From Caulobacteraceae bacterium (GTDB taxonomy: Bacteria; Pseudomonadota; Alphaproteobacteria; Caulobacterales; Caulobacteraceae), in the NCBI GenBank assembly GCA_027487945.1, contig JAIYCQ010000037.1, forward strand, positions 3,347 through 67,346: DNA of 64,000 nt, in the 5' to 3' direction. Both the position numbers and the translations under genes were made by a program. Of this stretch, positions 1 to 10,125 are shown piece by piece. The number at the start of each line of letters is the position of its first letter. Position 1 is the first letter of the stretch. A model generated the notes under the pieces. It saw only the letters and a program-made list of their open reading frames with translations, was not told where the DNA came from and made no database searches.

Positions 1-381
1 GACGTGGGCGACCGCCTGCGGATCACCGTCCGCGCCCCGTCGGTCAAGTCCTTCTCGGTCAACGGCTCGGGCGACCTCGACATCATCGCCTATGACCAGC
101 CCAGTCTGCGCGTCGAGGTCCAGGGCAGCGGCGACGTCTCCGCCGCCGGTCGGACCGAGGCCGCGTCCGTCGACATCGTCGGCTCCGGCAGCGTCGATCT
201 CGGCGAGCTCCGGACCCGGGACGCGACAGTTGAAACCTCGGGCAGCGGCGACGCCATCCTGGCCGCGAAGGGCGCGGTAAAGGTAGCCATCGCCGGGAGC
301 GGCGGCGTCAGCCTTCGCGCCAAGCCCGCCAGCCTGACCAGCGAAATCAGCGGATCGGGCGACGTTGATCAGGACTACTGA
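1..381 (+). CDS. DUF2807/GIN-domain (putative adhesin-head) protein, C-terminal fragment; the N-terminus lies outside the window
   Basis: The ORF is open to the left edge. It carries periodic G-S-G-D/S units (VNGSGDLD, VQGSGDVS, IVGSGSVD, TSGSGDA, ISGSGDVD) typical of DUF2807 beta-solenoid proteins. Confidence 0.6.
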   Translation, partial: DVGDRLRITVRAPSVKSFSVNGSGDLDIIAYDQPSLRVEVQGSGDVSAAGRTEAASVDIVGSGSVDLGELRTRDATVETSGSGDAILAAKGAVKVAIAGSGGVSLRAKPASLTSEISGSGDVDQDY

Positions 382-416
382 TGACGAAGTCGGTCTGACG
401 CCTTACCTGTAGCGTC

Positions 417-1847
417 ATGACCGCTTCTCCTCTCGCTCCCTCGCTCCTCGACGCCGCCGGCGTCGATCCCGAACGCGCCCGCGCCATCCTCGGCGAGGCC
501 CTGGCCGGGGCCGATGACGGCGAGCTGTTTCTGGAGCGGTCCGAGAGCGAGGCCTTCGTCTTCGACGACGGTCGGCTGAAAACCGCCAGCTACGACACCG
601 GCGAGGGCTTCGGCCTCCGGGTCGTGGCTGGTGAGACAGCCGGCTACGCCCACTCCGGCGAGATCTCCGAAGCCGCCATCCGCCGCGCCGGCGATTCGGC
701 GAAACTGGCCCGTCGCGGCTACACCGGCGTCGCCGCCGAGGCGCCGCGCGCCACCAACGCCAGACTCTACGGCGAGGACGACCCCGTCGCCTCCCCCGGG
801 TTTTCGGACAAGGTCGCCCTGATGCAGGAGATCGACGCCTTCGCCCGGGCTCGCGATCCGCGGGTCGTCCAGGTTATGGCGTCGATGGCGGGTGAGCGGC
901 GTACGGTCGAGATTCTGCGCGCCGACGGCCGCCTGATCCGGGATGTCCGACCGCTGGTGCGCGTCAATGTCCAGGTGACGGTCGAGCGCGACGGTCGCCG
1001 TGAGACCGGAACCTCCGGCGCCGGCGGCCGGGCCGGCTTCGAGGCCTGGATATCCCCCGACAGGTGGCAGGCCCAGGTGGACGACGCGATTCGTCAGGCG
1101 ACGGTGAACCTCGACGCCGTCGACTGTCCCGCGGGGGAGATGGACGTGGTTCTCGGCCCGGGCTGGAACGGCGTGCTGCTGCACGAAGCCGTCGGCCACG
1201 GCCTGGAGGGCGATTTCAACCGCAAGGGCCTGTCCGCCTTCTCGGGCCGGATCGGCGAACGGGTCGCCGCGCCCGGCGTGACGGTCTTCGACGACGGAAC
1301 CCTTCCCGGCCGACGCGGCTCGCTGACCGTCGACGACGAGGGCACGCCGACCGAGCGCACCATCCTGATCGAGGACGGCATCCTCGTCGGCTACATGCAC
1401 GACCGCATGAGCGCCCGGCTGATGGGCATGAGCCCGACCGGCAACGCCCGTCGCCAGTCCTACGCCCACATGCCGATGCCGCGGATGACCAACACCGGCA
1501 TGCTCGGCGGCCATCACACCCAGGCCGAGATGATCGCCTCGACCAGACGCGGCATCTTCTGCGCGCACCTCGGCGGCGGCCAGGTGGACATCACCAACGG
1601 CAAGTTCGTCTTTCAGTGCACCGAGGCCTGGATGATCGAGGACGGCCGCCTGACCACGCCGGTCAAGGGCGCCAGCCTGATCGGCGACGGCCCCAGCGCG
1701 CTGACCAGGGTCACGATGATCGGCGACGATTTCGCGATGGACCCGGGGATCGGCGTCTGCGGCAAGGCCGGCCAGGGCGTGCCGGTGGGGGTGGCGCAAC
1801 CGTCGATGAAGATCACCGGCCTCACCGTGGGCGGCACCGCCGTCTGA
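417..1847 (+). CDS. tldD: TldD metalloprotease
   Basis: 476-aa ORF with an HEAVGHGLEGD (HExxxH) zinc motif and the TldD/PmbA family C-terminal region (GKFVFQCTEAWMIEDG...). Confidence 0.92.
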   Translation: MTASPLAPSLLDAAGVDPERARAILGEALAGADDGELFLERSESEAFVFDDGRLKTASYDTGEGFGLRVVAGETAGYAHSGEISEAAIRRAGDSAKLARRGYTGVAAEAPRATNARLYGEDDPVASPGFSDKVALMQEIDAFARARDPRVVQVMASMAGERRTVEILRADGRLIRDVRPLVRVNVQVTVERDGRRETGTSGAGGRAGFEAWISPDRWQAQVDDAIRQATVNLDAVDCPAGEMDVVLGPGWNGVLLHEAVGHGLEGDFNRKGLSAFSGRIGERVAAPGVTVFDDGTLPGRRGSLTVDDEGTPTERTILIEDGILVGYMHDRMSARLMGMSPTGNARRQSYAHMPMPRMTNTGMLGGHHTQAEMIASTRRGIFCAHLGGGQVDITNGKFVFQCTEAWMIEDGRLTTPVKGASLIGDGPSALTRVTMIGDDFAMDPGIGVCGKAGQGVPVGVAQPSMKITGLTVGGTAV

Positions 1848-1966
1848 CGGATGGTCGCCAACCTATCGGCGATTTAATCCACATTTCAGGTTTGTAACGT
1901 GCCTCGCGGCGGGCGCGCGATCAGGTTCGCCCGACCTGGGCCGGGGGGCTCACGGGGGAGTCCTGG

Positions 1967-4021
1967 ATGAAGTATCGGCTTTTCGCCACCGCCGCCCTGG
2001 CCATTCTGTCGGTCGCCACCGGTGCGAGCGCCGAGGCGGAGGTCGCCCTCGAGTCGGTGGCCGGCGCCTCCGGCCAGCAGGGTGTCACCCCCTATGCGGC
2101 GGCCTTCTTCACCGCGTTTCAACCCACCACGGCGTTCGACATGCTGGCCCGGGTGCCGGGCTTCGCGTTCGACGGCGGCGACAGCGTGCGGGGCTATGGC
2201 GGCGCGGCGGGCAACGTCCTGATCGACGGACAGCGCCCGGCGTCCAAGAATGACCCGCTTGAGAACGTCCTGCGCCGCATCCAGGCAGGCCAGGTCGAAC
2301 GGGTCGACATCATCCAGGGCGGCGCCCCTGGCATCGACATGCAGGGCAAGACCGTCATCGCCAACGTCATCCTGCGCAAGGACGCCGGGGGACAGTGGCT
2401 GCTGGCCGTCGCCTCCTCGGTCTTCCAGGACGGCCGGACGACGCCGGCGGTCAGGTTCGAGGGCTCGCGAAGCGTCGGGGACGGAAAGTTCGAGTGGTCC
2501 ATCCTGCCCTTCACCTTTGTCGACGACGGGGCAGGCCAGGGGCCGCGCACCCGCCGCGACGCCGGCGGCGTGCTGCTGCGCGACGCGGTCTCCGACGAGA
2601 CAGGCGGCGGCCGTGGCGTCGAGGCCAAGTCCGGCTGGAAGGCGCCGCTGGCGGGCGGGCGCCTGTCCCTGAACAGCAGCTATCGCTACGAGCACTACCA
2701 GTGGTCGCTCAACGAGCTGACCACCTTCCCGGCCGCCGGCCGCCTGTTTGTCGGTGATGATTATCGCCAGACCGATGGCGAAATCGGCGGCAGCTGGGAG
2801 CGTTCGCTCGGCGCCAGGACCACCGTCGAGGTCACGGCCGTCTCCAACCGCCGCTACACCGAATTCACCTCCGCCTTCGACGACGGGACCGACGAGGGGG
2901 TTTTCTCCGAGGCGGGTGAAAGCGGCGAGAGCATCGTGCGTGGCGTGTTGCGCTACACCCTCTCGCCCGACCTCAGCGTCGAGGGGGGCGGCGAGGCGGC
3001 GTTCAACTTCCTCGACAGCCGGACCGAGTTCACCGAGAACGGCGTGCCGGTCGTGCTGCCCGCCGCCAATGTGCGGGTCGAGGAACGGCGTGGCGAGGCC
3101 TTCGGCTCAACCACCTGGCGCCCGCTGCCGACGCTGTCGTTGGAGGCCGGTCTGCGGGTCGAGGTGTCGACCATCACCCAGAGCGGCGATACCGACCTCG
3201 AAAAGTCGTTCACCTATCCCAAGCCCCGGCTGTCGGCGACCTGGTCTCCCACGCCGTCGGATCAGATCCGGCTCCGGGTCGAGCGGGAGATCGGCCAGCT
3301 CGATTTCGGTGATTTTGTTTCCTCGACGGCCTTCTCCACCGGCGTCGTCACGGCCGGCAACGCCGACCTGGAACCCAGCAAGCAGTGGGTCTTCGAGGCG
3401 GCCTACGAACGCAAGTTCTGGAAGGACGGCGCCATCGTTGTCACCCTGGCGCACGAGGAGATCACCGACGCGACCGACCGCGTCCCAATCATCGGACCGG
3501 GCTACGCCTTCGACGCACCCGGCAACATCGGGGACGGGACGTCGGACAGCCTGGAAGTGTCGCTGAATCTGCCGCTCGACCGGTTCGGCGTCTCAGGCGG
3601 CCTGCTCAAGGTCCAGGGCGAGTGGTCCCGTTCCGAGGTCGCCGACCCGACTACCGGCGAGAGCCGGCGGATCAGCGGACAGGAGCCGTTCGAGGGCGAG
3701 ATAAAGTTCTCGCAGGACCTGCCCCGCTACCGGTTCCAGTGGGGGGTGAATGTCTCCTCGGGCAACAGGGAGACCTTCTACCGCTTCGACGAGATCGAGA
3801 CCGTCGAGCTCGAGCCCTGGTATCAGGTCTACATCGACTACAAGCCGACGCCGACTTTCAGCGTCCGGATCGAGGCGCAGAACCTGGCGGGTCGCGACCT
3901 CATCCGGGACCGTCAGGTCTATGCGGGCCCTCGGGACGCCAACGCGCTCGCCTACGAAGACCGCCGTCCGCTGGACTTCGATCCCTTCGTCTACATCAGG
4001 CTGCGCAAGACCTTCGGCTGA
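1967..4021 (+). CDS. TonB-dependent outer-membrane receptor
   Basis: Signal peptide MKYRLFATAALAILSVATGASAEA, followed by plug-like sequence (GNVLIDGQRPASKND...VERVDIIQGGAPG) and a long beta-barrel-type C-terminal region. Confidence 0.8.
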   Translation: MKYRLFATAALAILSVATGASAEAEVALESVAGASGQQGVTPYAAAFFTAFQPTTAFDMLARVPGFAFDGGDSVRGYGGAAGNVLIDGQRPASKNDPLENVLRRIQAGQVERVDIIQGGAPGIDMQGKTVIANVILRKDAGGQWLLAVASSVFQDGRTTPAVRFEGSRSVGDGKFEWSILPFTFVDDGAGQGPRTRRDAGGVLLRDAVSDETGGGRGVEAKSGWKAPLAGGRLSLNSSYRYEHYQWSLNELTTFPAAGRLFVGDDYRQTDGEIGGSWERSLGARTTVEVTAVSNRRYTEFTSAFDDGTDEGVFSEAGESGESIVRGVLRYTLSPDLSVEGGGEAAFNFLDSRTEFTENGVPVVLPAANVRVEERRGEAFGSTTWRPLPTLSLEAGLRVEVSTITQSGDTDLEKSFTYPKPRLSATWSPTPSDQIRLRVEREIGQLDFGDFVSSTAFSTGVVTAGNADLEPSKQWVFEAAYERKFWKDGAIVVTLAHEEITDATDRVPIIGPGYAFDAPGNIGDGTSDSLEVSLNLPLDRFGVSGGLLKVQGEWSRSEVADPTTGESRRISGQEPFEGEIKFSQDLPRYRFQWGVNVSSGNRETFYRFDEIETVELEPWYQVYIDYKPTPTFSVRIEAQNLAGRDLIRDRQVYAGPRDANALAYEDRRPLDFDPFVYIRLRKTFG

Positions 4022-4089
4022 CCGGCTCCCCGGCCCGGTGAGACCCCTCGGCTCCGCCCCGAACCGGAGCCGCCCCCAAGGCCGAGGAA

Positions 4090-4123
4090 GAAGGGCCCCG
4101 GAGATCGCTCTCCGGGGCCCTTC
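4090..4123. terminator. Bidirectional stem-loop between the convergent TBDR and POT transporter genes
   Basis: Perfect 15-bp stem GAAGGGCCCCGGAGA / TCTCCGGGGCCCTTC with loop TCGC, lying in the 129-bp gap between convergent stops. Confidence 0.7.
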
Positions 4124-4150
4124 GCCGTTCTTCAGGATCGAGCCTGCCGC

Positions 4151-6043
4151 CTACTGGCGTTCGTCAGCGGCGTTGGCCGCAGGCTGGGCCGAGGCTTCGC
4201 TCGCCCCATGCGCCCAGTGCTTGATCAGGAAGCTGATCAGGACGAAGACCACGCCCAGGCCCATGCCGGTCCAGCCGAGCCAGTGGAAGCCGCCCAGCGA
4301 GGTCTGCAGCGCGGCCTCGGGGTCAAGCACCTGGCCGCCAACCGTCGCCGACCCCAGCCGGCCGGCGATGACGCCGCCGATGAAGTGGGCGATCGAGCTG
4401 GACAGGAACCAGACAGCCATCATGAAGGAGACGATCGAGGCCACCGACAGCTTGGTGATCTCCGACAGGCCGACCGGCGACAGGAACAGCTCCCCGGTGG
4501 TGTGCAGCAGATACAGCGCGGCCAGAGCCAGAAGCGGCATCTGGAAGGCCGGGTTCACAAAGCCCGCCTTGGCGGCCCAGACCACGACCAGGAACCCGAG
4601 CCCGACCTGCGCCAGGGCAAGTCCGAACTTCATCACCGGGTTCGGGTCGCGCTTGATCCGGCCGAGGAACAGCCACATCGCCCCGAAAATCGGCGCGAAG
4701 ATCAGGATGAAGCCGGAGTTGAAGGACCCCGTCTGCGCTGCGGTCAGACCCATATCGATCCAGATCGCGTCGGTCGGCGACCCGGCGGCCTGGTACATGG
4801 CCTGACTGGCGAGGAAGAAGTCCTGGCCAAGGATGGTGATGGTCTGCGGTGCGCTGATCAACGCCAGGTCGACGTTCCGGTCCGCGAACAGGCTGAGCGA
4901 GGTGCCCGCCTGCTCGAACAGGGTCCAGAAGACCACCGACCCGAAGATAAGGACCACGGCCAGCATCATCCGCTCACGCGCGATCTTGTCGCATTTCGCG
5001 ACGACGAACCAGGCGATGTAGGCGAGCGCGGCCGCGGTGCTCACCCCCAGGGCCCAGCCCACGACGGTGTGGCTCTGGACCATCCACCAGATGACGCCGA
5101 CGCCCAGGATGCCGGCGATGTAGATAAGGCCCTCGCGGTTGACCGGGCCGGCGACCTTCTGGGCCAGCTGCGCGGGGTTGGGGGGCTCGCCCTTGCCCTC
5201 AAGCAGCGGCTTGCCGAGCACGAACACGATGAAGCCCAGCAGCATGCCGACGCCCGCGAGGCCGAAGCCCGCCCACCAGCCCACCGTCTGGCCGAGATAG
5301 CCGCAGAGGATCGAGGCCCAGAACGCGCCGAGGTTGATGCCGTAGTAGTAGAGGTTGAAGCCTTGGTCCCGCCGGGGGTCGCCCTGCGGATACAGCTGGC
5401 CGACGATCGTCGAGATGTTGGGCTTCAGGAAGCCGACGCCCATGATGATCAGCGAGATGGCGAGGTAGAAGATGCCGACGTAGGTGCTGTCGCGCTCGGC
5501 CTTGACCTCGTAGGAGTCCTTGGCGAGCAGCGCGGGCAGCGGCGCGTCAGCCGGAAGGTTGTTGATCGCCAGGCCGCCGTCGGGGCCGGCGCCGAACGTA
5601 TAGGTCGCATCCCCGACCTTGATCTTGGAAACGTCGTTCTCGACGACCAGCTCATAGGCGGCTCCCTGATAGCTCAGGGCCTGGGTCGCGGGACGGCCCT
5701 CAACGGCCATCATGCCGTGACCGGCGACCAGCAGCAGAGCGCCGAAGGCGATGGCTTTGCGTGTGCCGAGGTAGCGGTCGGCGAGGAGGCCGCCGATCAG
5801 CGGCAGCAGATAAACGAGCGAGGCGTAAGAGCCGTAGAGGCCGCTGGCGAACTCATCCGAGAACAGGAAATGCTGGGTGAGGTAGAAGATCAGGATCGCG
5901 CGCATGCCGTAGAAGGAGAAGCGCTCCCACATCTCGGCGAAGAACAGGATGATCAATCCCTTGGGCTGGTTCCGCATCTGCAGAAGCACAGGGATGCCTG
6001 TGGCCAGGGTAATGATAATCCCCAGCGCGATAACGATGCTCAT
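4151..6043 (-). CDS. Proton-dependent oligopeptide transporter (POT/PTR2 family, DtpT-like)
   Basis: 630-aa polytopic ORF with the N-terminal POT signature FFAEMWERFSFYGMRAILIFYL. GGGGA sits 7 nt upstream of the ATG. Confidence 0.9.
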   Translation of the reverse strand: MSIVIALGIIITLATGIPVLLQMRNQPKGLIILFFAEMWERFSFYGMRAILIFYLTQHFLFSDEFASGLYGSYASLVYLLPLIGGLLADRYLGTRKAIAFGALLLVAGHGMMAVEGRPATQALSYQGAAYELVVENDVSKIKVGDATYTFGAGPDGGLAINNLPADAPLPALLAKDSYEVKAERDSTYVGIFYLAISLIIMGVGFLKPNISTIVGQLYPQGDPRRDQGFNLYYYGINLGAFWASILCGYLGQTVGWWAGFGLAGVGMLLGFIVFVLGKPLLEGKGEPPNPAQLAQKVAGPVNREGLIYIAGILGVGVIWWMVQSHTVVGWALGVSTAAALAYIAWFVVAKCDKIARERMMLAVVLIFGSVVFWTLFEQAGTSLSLFADRNVDLALISAPQTITILGQDFFLASQAMYQAAGSPTDAIWIDMGLTAAQTGSFNSGFILIFAPIFGAMWLFLGRIKRDPNPVMKFGLALAQVGLGFLVVVWAAKAGFVNPAFQMPLLALAALYLLHTTGELFLSPVGLSEITKLSVASIVSFMMAVWFLSSSIAHFIGGVIAGRLGSATVGGQVLDPEAALQTSLGGFHWLGWTGMGLGVVFVLISFLIKHWAHGASEASAQPAANAADERQ

Positions 6044-6300
6044 ACTGCCGTCCCCAATGTAGTCGCTTTACGCCTGAGGGGCGGCCAGGATCCCCCGCGA
6101 CCGCCCGTACAAGCGCGGCAGAAAATCACGCGTCGACCGGTTTCACAAGCAACGGCTTGCCGCGAGGGGACTTTGTGGAGCTGGTTTCGTCTCCGACCCA
6201 CAGCCGACCGGGCTGACAGCGTGACCGCAGCCCCTGCGTCGCCGTGCGCTGTGGCCTCACCGCCGGCCCGAAGGCCTCCGGGCAGGGACGGCTCGCATCC

Positions 6301-7671
6301 CTAGTAGGCGCACTCTTCGAACACGCGGCTGATGTCGCCCTGCCACTCGCCGTGGAACTTCTCCAGCAGGCGCTCGGCGGGGGTCAGGCCGCTGTCTGCG
6401 ATGGCTTCGAGTTCGCCCAGATAGGTCGTCTCGTCGATGAAGCTGCCGTCCATCCGGGCGCGGCGCTTGAGGCCCTCGCGGCTGATGGCGATCATGTCCT
6501 TCGCCACGTCCTGCACCGTGCGGCCGGCCACCACGGCCTTGAGGCCCAGGCGGTTCACGTCCCGGCGAACGGTCTGGCGATCCTCGGGAGTCCAGTGCTT
6601 GCAGAGGTCCCAGGCGGCGGCCAGGGCGGCGTCGTCGTAGAAGATGCCCGTCCACAGGGCCGGCAGGGCGCAGAGCCGGCTCCAGGGACCGCCGTCGGCG
6701 CCGCGCATCTCCAGATAGGTCTTCAGCCGCACTTCCGGGAAGATGGTGGTCGTGTGGTCGGACCAGTCCTTCATCGTCGCCCGGCCTGCGACGCCCTCAA
6801 GTCGGCCGTCGATGAAGTCCTTGAACGACTTGCCGGCGACATCGACGTACAGGCCGTTGCGCTTGACGAAGTACATCGGCACGTCGAGCGCGTAGCGGGC
6901 GTAGCGCTCGAAATCGAAGCCGTCCTCGAACACGAAGTCCAGCATGCCGGTGCGGTCGGGATCGGTGTCGGTCCAGACGTTGGCCCGGGCCGACAGGAAG
7001 CCGTTGGGCCTCCCCTCGGTGAACGGCGAGTTGGCGAACAGGGCGGTGGCGATCGGCTGCAGCGCCAGGCTGGTGCGGAACTTGGCCACCATGTCGGCCT
7101 CGGACGAGAAGTCGAGGTTGGCCTGGACGGTGCAGGTCCGCAGCATCATGTCGAGGCCGAGGTCGCCGACCAGCGGCATGTAGCGCCGCATGATCACATA
7201 ACGCCCCTTGGGCATGATGGCCGCGTCGGACCGCTTCAGGGTCGGGTGGAAGCCGAGGCCCAGAAAGCCCAGCCCCAGCTCGTCGGCGACGGTCTTGACC
7301 TCGCGCAGGTGGCTGCCGGTCTCCTCGCAGATCTCGTGCATGGAATTCAGCGGCGCGCCGCTGAGTTCGAACTGTCCGCCGGGCTCCAGGCTGATGTTCG
7401 CCCGGCCGCGGCTGAGGGCGATCAGGGTCTGGCCGCCGTCGGCGCGGTCCTCGTAGACGCCCTCCCAGCCGAATCGCATCAGGCCCTTGAGCATCGCCTC
7501 GATGCCGCTCGGGCCGTCATAGGCGACGGTCTCATTGCTGGTCAGGTGGAAGCCGAACTTCTCGTGCTCGGCGCCGACCCGCCATTCGCTGGCCGGCTTG
7601 GAGCCGACGGCGAAATAGTGGGTCAGGTCGTCCAGCGTCAGCGGACGGTCGTCACACACAGTGTTGGTCAT
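6301..7671 (-). CDS. gshA: Glutamate-cysteine ligase, plant/alphaproteobacterial type (GCS2 family)
   Basis: 456-aa ORF with the N-terminal LTxxDLxxYF...GxEHEKFGF pattern characteristic of GCS2-type GshA. Confidence 0.88.
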   Translation of the reverse strand: MTNTVCDDRPLTLDDLTHYFAVGSKPASEWRVGAEHEKFGFHLTSNETVAYDGPSGIEAMLKGLMRFGWEGVYEDRADGGQTLIALSRGRANISLEPGGQFELSGAPLNSMHEICEETGSHLREVKTVADELGLGFLGLGFHPTLKRSDAAIMPKGRYVIMRRYMPLVGDLGLDMMLRTCTVQANLDFSSEADMVAKFRTSLALQPIATALFANSPFTEGRPNGFLSARANVWTDTDPDRTGMLDFVFEDGFDFERYARYALDVPMYFVKRNGLYVDVAGKSFKDFIDGRLEGVAGRATMKDWSDHTTTIFPEVRLKTYLEMRGADGGPWSRLCALPALWTGIFYDDAALAAAWDLCKHWTPEDRQTVRRDVNRLGLKAVVAGRTVQDVAKDMIAISREGLKRRARMDGSFIDETTYLGELEAIADSGLTPAERLLEKFHGEWQGDISRVFEECAY

Positions 7672-7778
7672 ACGAAAGCGAGCCTCCCCGGCTTCTTGGT
7701 GTTGGCGGCAGGAGGCCCATGTCCCGACCGGGCGCGATCTTTACGCTGTTAAGCAGGTGGTAGCAAAACGCTACGGTC

Positions 7779-8507
7779 TCAAGAGGGCGTGAGCCAATCT
7801 CCCATGGCCGCCTGCCAGATCGCCAGGGCGGCGATGGCGGCGGAGTCGGCGCGCAGAATGCGAGGTCCCAGCGACACCGGCGTGACAAAGGGCAGGGCGC
7901 GCAGACGCTCGCCCTCGGCCGGATCGAAGCCGCCCTCCGGTCCGATCAGCACGGCCCACGGTCCGCGGTCCGCCGCCGTCAGGGCCGCCAGCGCCGGCGG
8001 CGCGCCGCCCGCCTCGTCGCAGAACATCAGCCGCCGGTCCGGTATCCAGCCGTCCAGCAGGCGGTCGAGCTTTTCCGGCGCGATGATCTGCGGCACGTCG
8101 AGGCGTCCGGTCTGCTCCGCCGCCTCGGTGGCGATCGCCTGCAGCCGGCCGATGTTGGCGCGGTCGGCGTTGGTGCGCCGCGTCTGGACCAGCCGGATGC
8201 GCCGCACGCCCAGCTCCACGGCCTTTTCGATGATGGTCTCCAGCGGCCCGCGCTTCACCAGGGCCACCACCAGCTCGAGATCCGGCCCGTCGACCATCGG
8301 CCGGGTCATGGAGCCCACCGTCAGCCTGCAGCCGCGCTTGTTGGCGTCGACCACGGTGGCGCGCCACTCGCCGTCACGGCCGTTGAACAGCAGCACCTCC
8401 GACCCGATCGCCAGCCGCATCACGGCGATCAGGTAGCGGCTCTGCTCGGGCGCGGGAGAAACCGCGGCGCCGGCGGCCAGGGCGTCAGGGACATGGAGTC
8501 GGATCAT
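7779..8507 (-). CDS. rsmE: 16S rRNA (uracil1498-N3)-methyltransferase RsmE
   Basis: 242-aa ORF with a PUA-like N-terminus (RYLIAVMRL...GSEVLLFNGRDGEW) and a SPOUT C-terminus (LIGPEGGF...E). Confidence 0.85.
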   Translation of the reverse strand: MIRLHVPDALAAGAAVSPAPEQSRYLIAVMRLAIGSEVLLFNGRDGEWRATVVDANKRGCRLTVGSMTRPMVDGPDLELVVALVKRGPLETIIEKAVELGVRRIRLVQTRRTNADRANIGRLQAIATEAAEQTGRLDVPQIIAPEKLDRLLDGWIPDRRLMFCDEAGGAPPALAALTAADRGPWAVLIGPEGGFDPAEGERLRALPFVTPVSLGPRILRADSAAIAALAIWQAAMGDWLTPS

Positions 8508-8553
8508 GGCGCCCTTCTAGCGCGGGATCGCCCGCCGTGTTTAGCTCCGTCGC

Positions 8554-9312
8554 ATGAGCGACAAGGCCTACGACAAGACCCTCGAAAAGCTTCAGATCGC
8601 CCTCGTCCGCTGGCAGCAGCTGGCCGTCGAGCGCGGCGACAAGGTGCTGGTCATATTCGAGGGGCGTGACGCGGCGGGCAAGGACGGCGCGATCAAGCGG
8701 ATCACCGAGCATCTGTCGATTCGGGCCACCCGCGTGGTCGCCCTCCCCAAGCCGTCGGATCGCGAGCGGTCGCAGTGGTACTTCCAGCGCTATGTGCAGC
8801 ACCTTCCGGCGGCCGGCGAACTCGTGATCTTCAACCGCTCCTGGTACAATCGCGGCGGCGTCGAGCCGGTCATGGGCTTCTGCACCAGGGCCGAGGCCGA
8901 GGTGTTCCTGCGCGACGTTCCCGCGTTTGAGTCCATGCTGATCGACAGCGGGATTACCCTGATCAAACTCTGGCTGGACATCAGCAAGGACGAGCAGGAC
9001 CGCCGCCTCGACGACCGGCGCAGCGATCCGCTCAAGGCGCTCAAGGTCAGTCCGCTGGACGCCGTGGCCCAGGAAAAGTGGAAGGCCTACAGCGCCGCCC
9101 GCGACGAGATGCTGACCCACACCCACAGCGTCATCCACCCCTGGGCCTGTGTGAAGGCCGACGACAAGAAGGCCGCGCGGCTGGCGATCATCCAGCACCT
9201 GCTGGCGATCATCGCGCCGGCGAAGCTGCGCAAGGGCATCGACAGGCCTGACCCGGCTGTCCTGTTCCCCTTCGAACCGGAAGCGCTCGGCGACGGGCGG
9301 CTGGCCCGCTGA
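8554..9312 (+). CDS. ppk2: Polyphosphate kinase 2 family protein
   Basis: Walker-A-like FEGRDAAGKDG plus the PPK2 motifs QRYVQHLPAAGELVIFNRSWY. Confidence 0.9.
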   Translation: MSDKAYDKTLEKLQIALVRWQQLAVERGDKVLVIFEGRDAAGKDGAIKRITEHLSIRATRVVALPKPSDRERSQWYFQRYVQHLPAAGELVIFNRSWYNRGGVEPVMGFCTRAEAEVFLRDVPAFESMLIDSGITLIKLWLDISKDEQDRRLDDRRSDPLKALKVSPLDAVAQEKWKAYSAARDEMLTHTHSVIHPWACVKADDKKAARLAIIQHLLAIIAPAKLRKGIDRPDPAVLFPFEPEALGDGRLAR

Positions 9313-9314
9313 GA

Positions 9315-10025
9315 TCAGGCGCGTTCGAGGAAGACGACGTTGTCGTTCTCGTCCCGCAGAACGAAGCCCGCGGCTGAGAAGCGGTCGATCATCGCCTGGT
9401 TCGGCGCCGCACCGACGATCTGCGGATGCGTTTCCATCACGATGCGGTCGAAGCCTGCGAAGTGGTCGACCGGCAGGCTGATCTCGCCGCCTTCGATGTC
9501 GATGATCAGGGTGTCCGGCGTGAAGGCCAGGCGCGCGCGCAGGGTCTCGAGGGTCTGGGCCTCCACCTCGATCACCTCGCCGTCGTTATGTGCGGTCGAA
9601 CTGGCCCAGAACTCGTCCGAAAGGGTGAAGCTGATCGTGCCGTCCGCGGGCGCCACGGCGGCGTTGATCAGCGGCACATCCGCCGCGCCGTTCAGCTCGA
9701 GGTTCTTCGCGATCAGGTCGATCAGGCGCGGGTTGGCCTCGACGATCGCGTAGTCGCGCACGCCGAGGTTCCTGCGGTTGTGGCAGGCCAGAAAGCCGAC
9801 GCCGGCCCCGATTTCCAGGACCCGGTGCTCGGCGCGGATGTACTTCGTCGCCAGATCCGCCTCGGCGCGCTCGTACCGGCGCGACATCGCGAAGAACATC
9901 TTGTCGGTGACCGCCGGATGGCGCGTCCACAGCCGGAGGCCGAGATTGCTGATCTCGTCCCGGTCATTGATGAGGCGGAAGAGGCGGTTGCGGAGCCACT
10001 GCCGGGCGCGCTTCAAGCTGATCAT
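9315..10025 (-). CDS. FkbM-family / class I SAM-dependent methyltransferase
   Basis: SAM motif LEIGAGVGF and the FkbM-like IDIEGGE motif. Confidence 0.7.
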   Translation of the reverse strand: MISLKRARQWLRNRLFRLINDRDEISNLGLRLWTRHPAVTDKMFFAMSRRYERAEADLATKYIRAEHRVLEIGAGVGFLACHNRRNLGVRDYAIVEANPRLIDLIAKNLELNGAADVPLINAAVAPADGTISFTLSDEFWASSTAHNDGEVIEVEAQTLETLRARLAFTPDTLIIDIEGGEISLPVDHFAGFDRIVMETHPQIVGAAPNQAMIDRFSAAGFVLRDENDNVVFLERA

Positions 10026-10125
10026 GTCGGCCGGGGGCGGGAGGAGAACGGTTGCCGCACCGTAGTTTCCCGACGCAATATTGCAACGCCCGCCGACAGA
10101 CTATACCTGCGCGGTTCCCCAAGAG

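Noticed and set aside
1876-1900. CtrA-box-like sequence TTAATCCACATTTCA (TTAA-N7-TTCA) upstream of the first TonB receptor. There are similar single TTAA half-sites near 7750 and 28151.
   Set aside because: None has the full TTAA-N7-TTAA. Isolated half-sites are uninformative.
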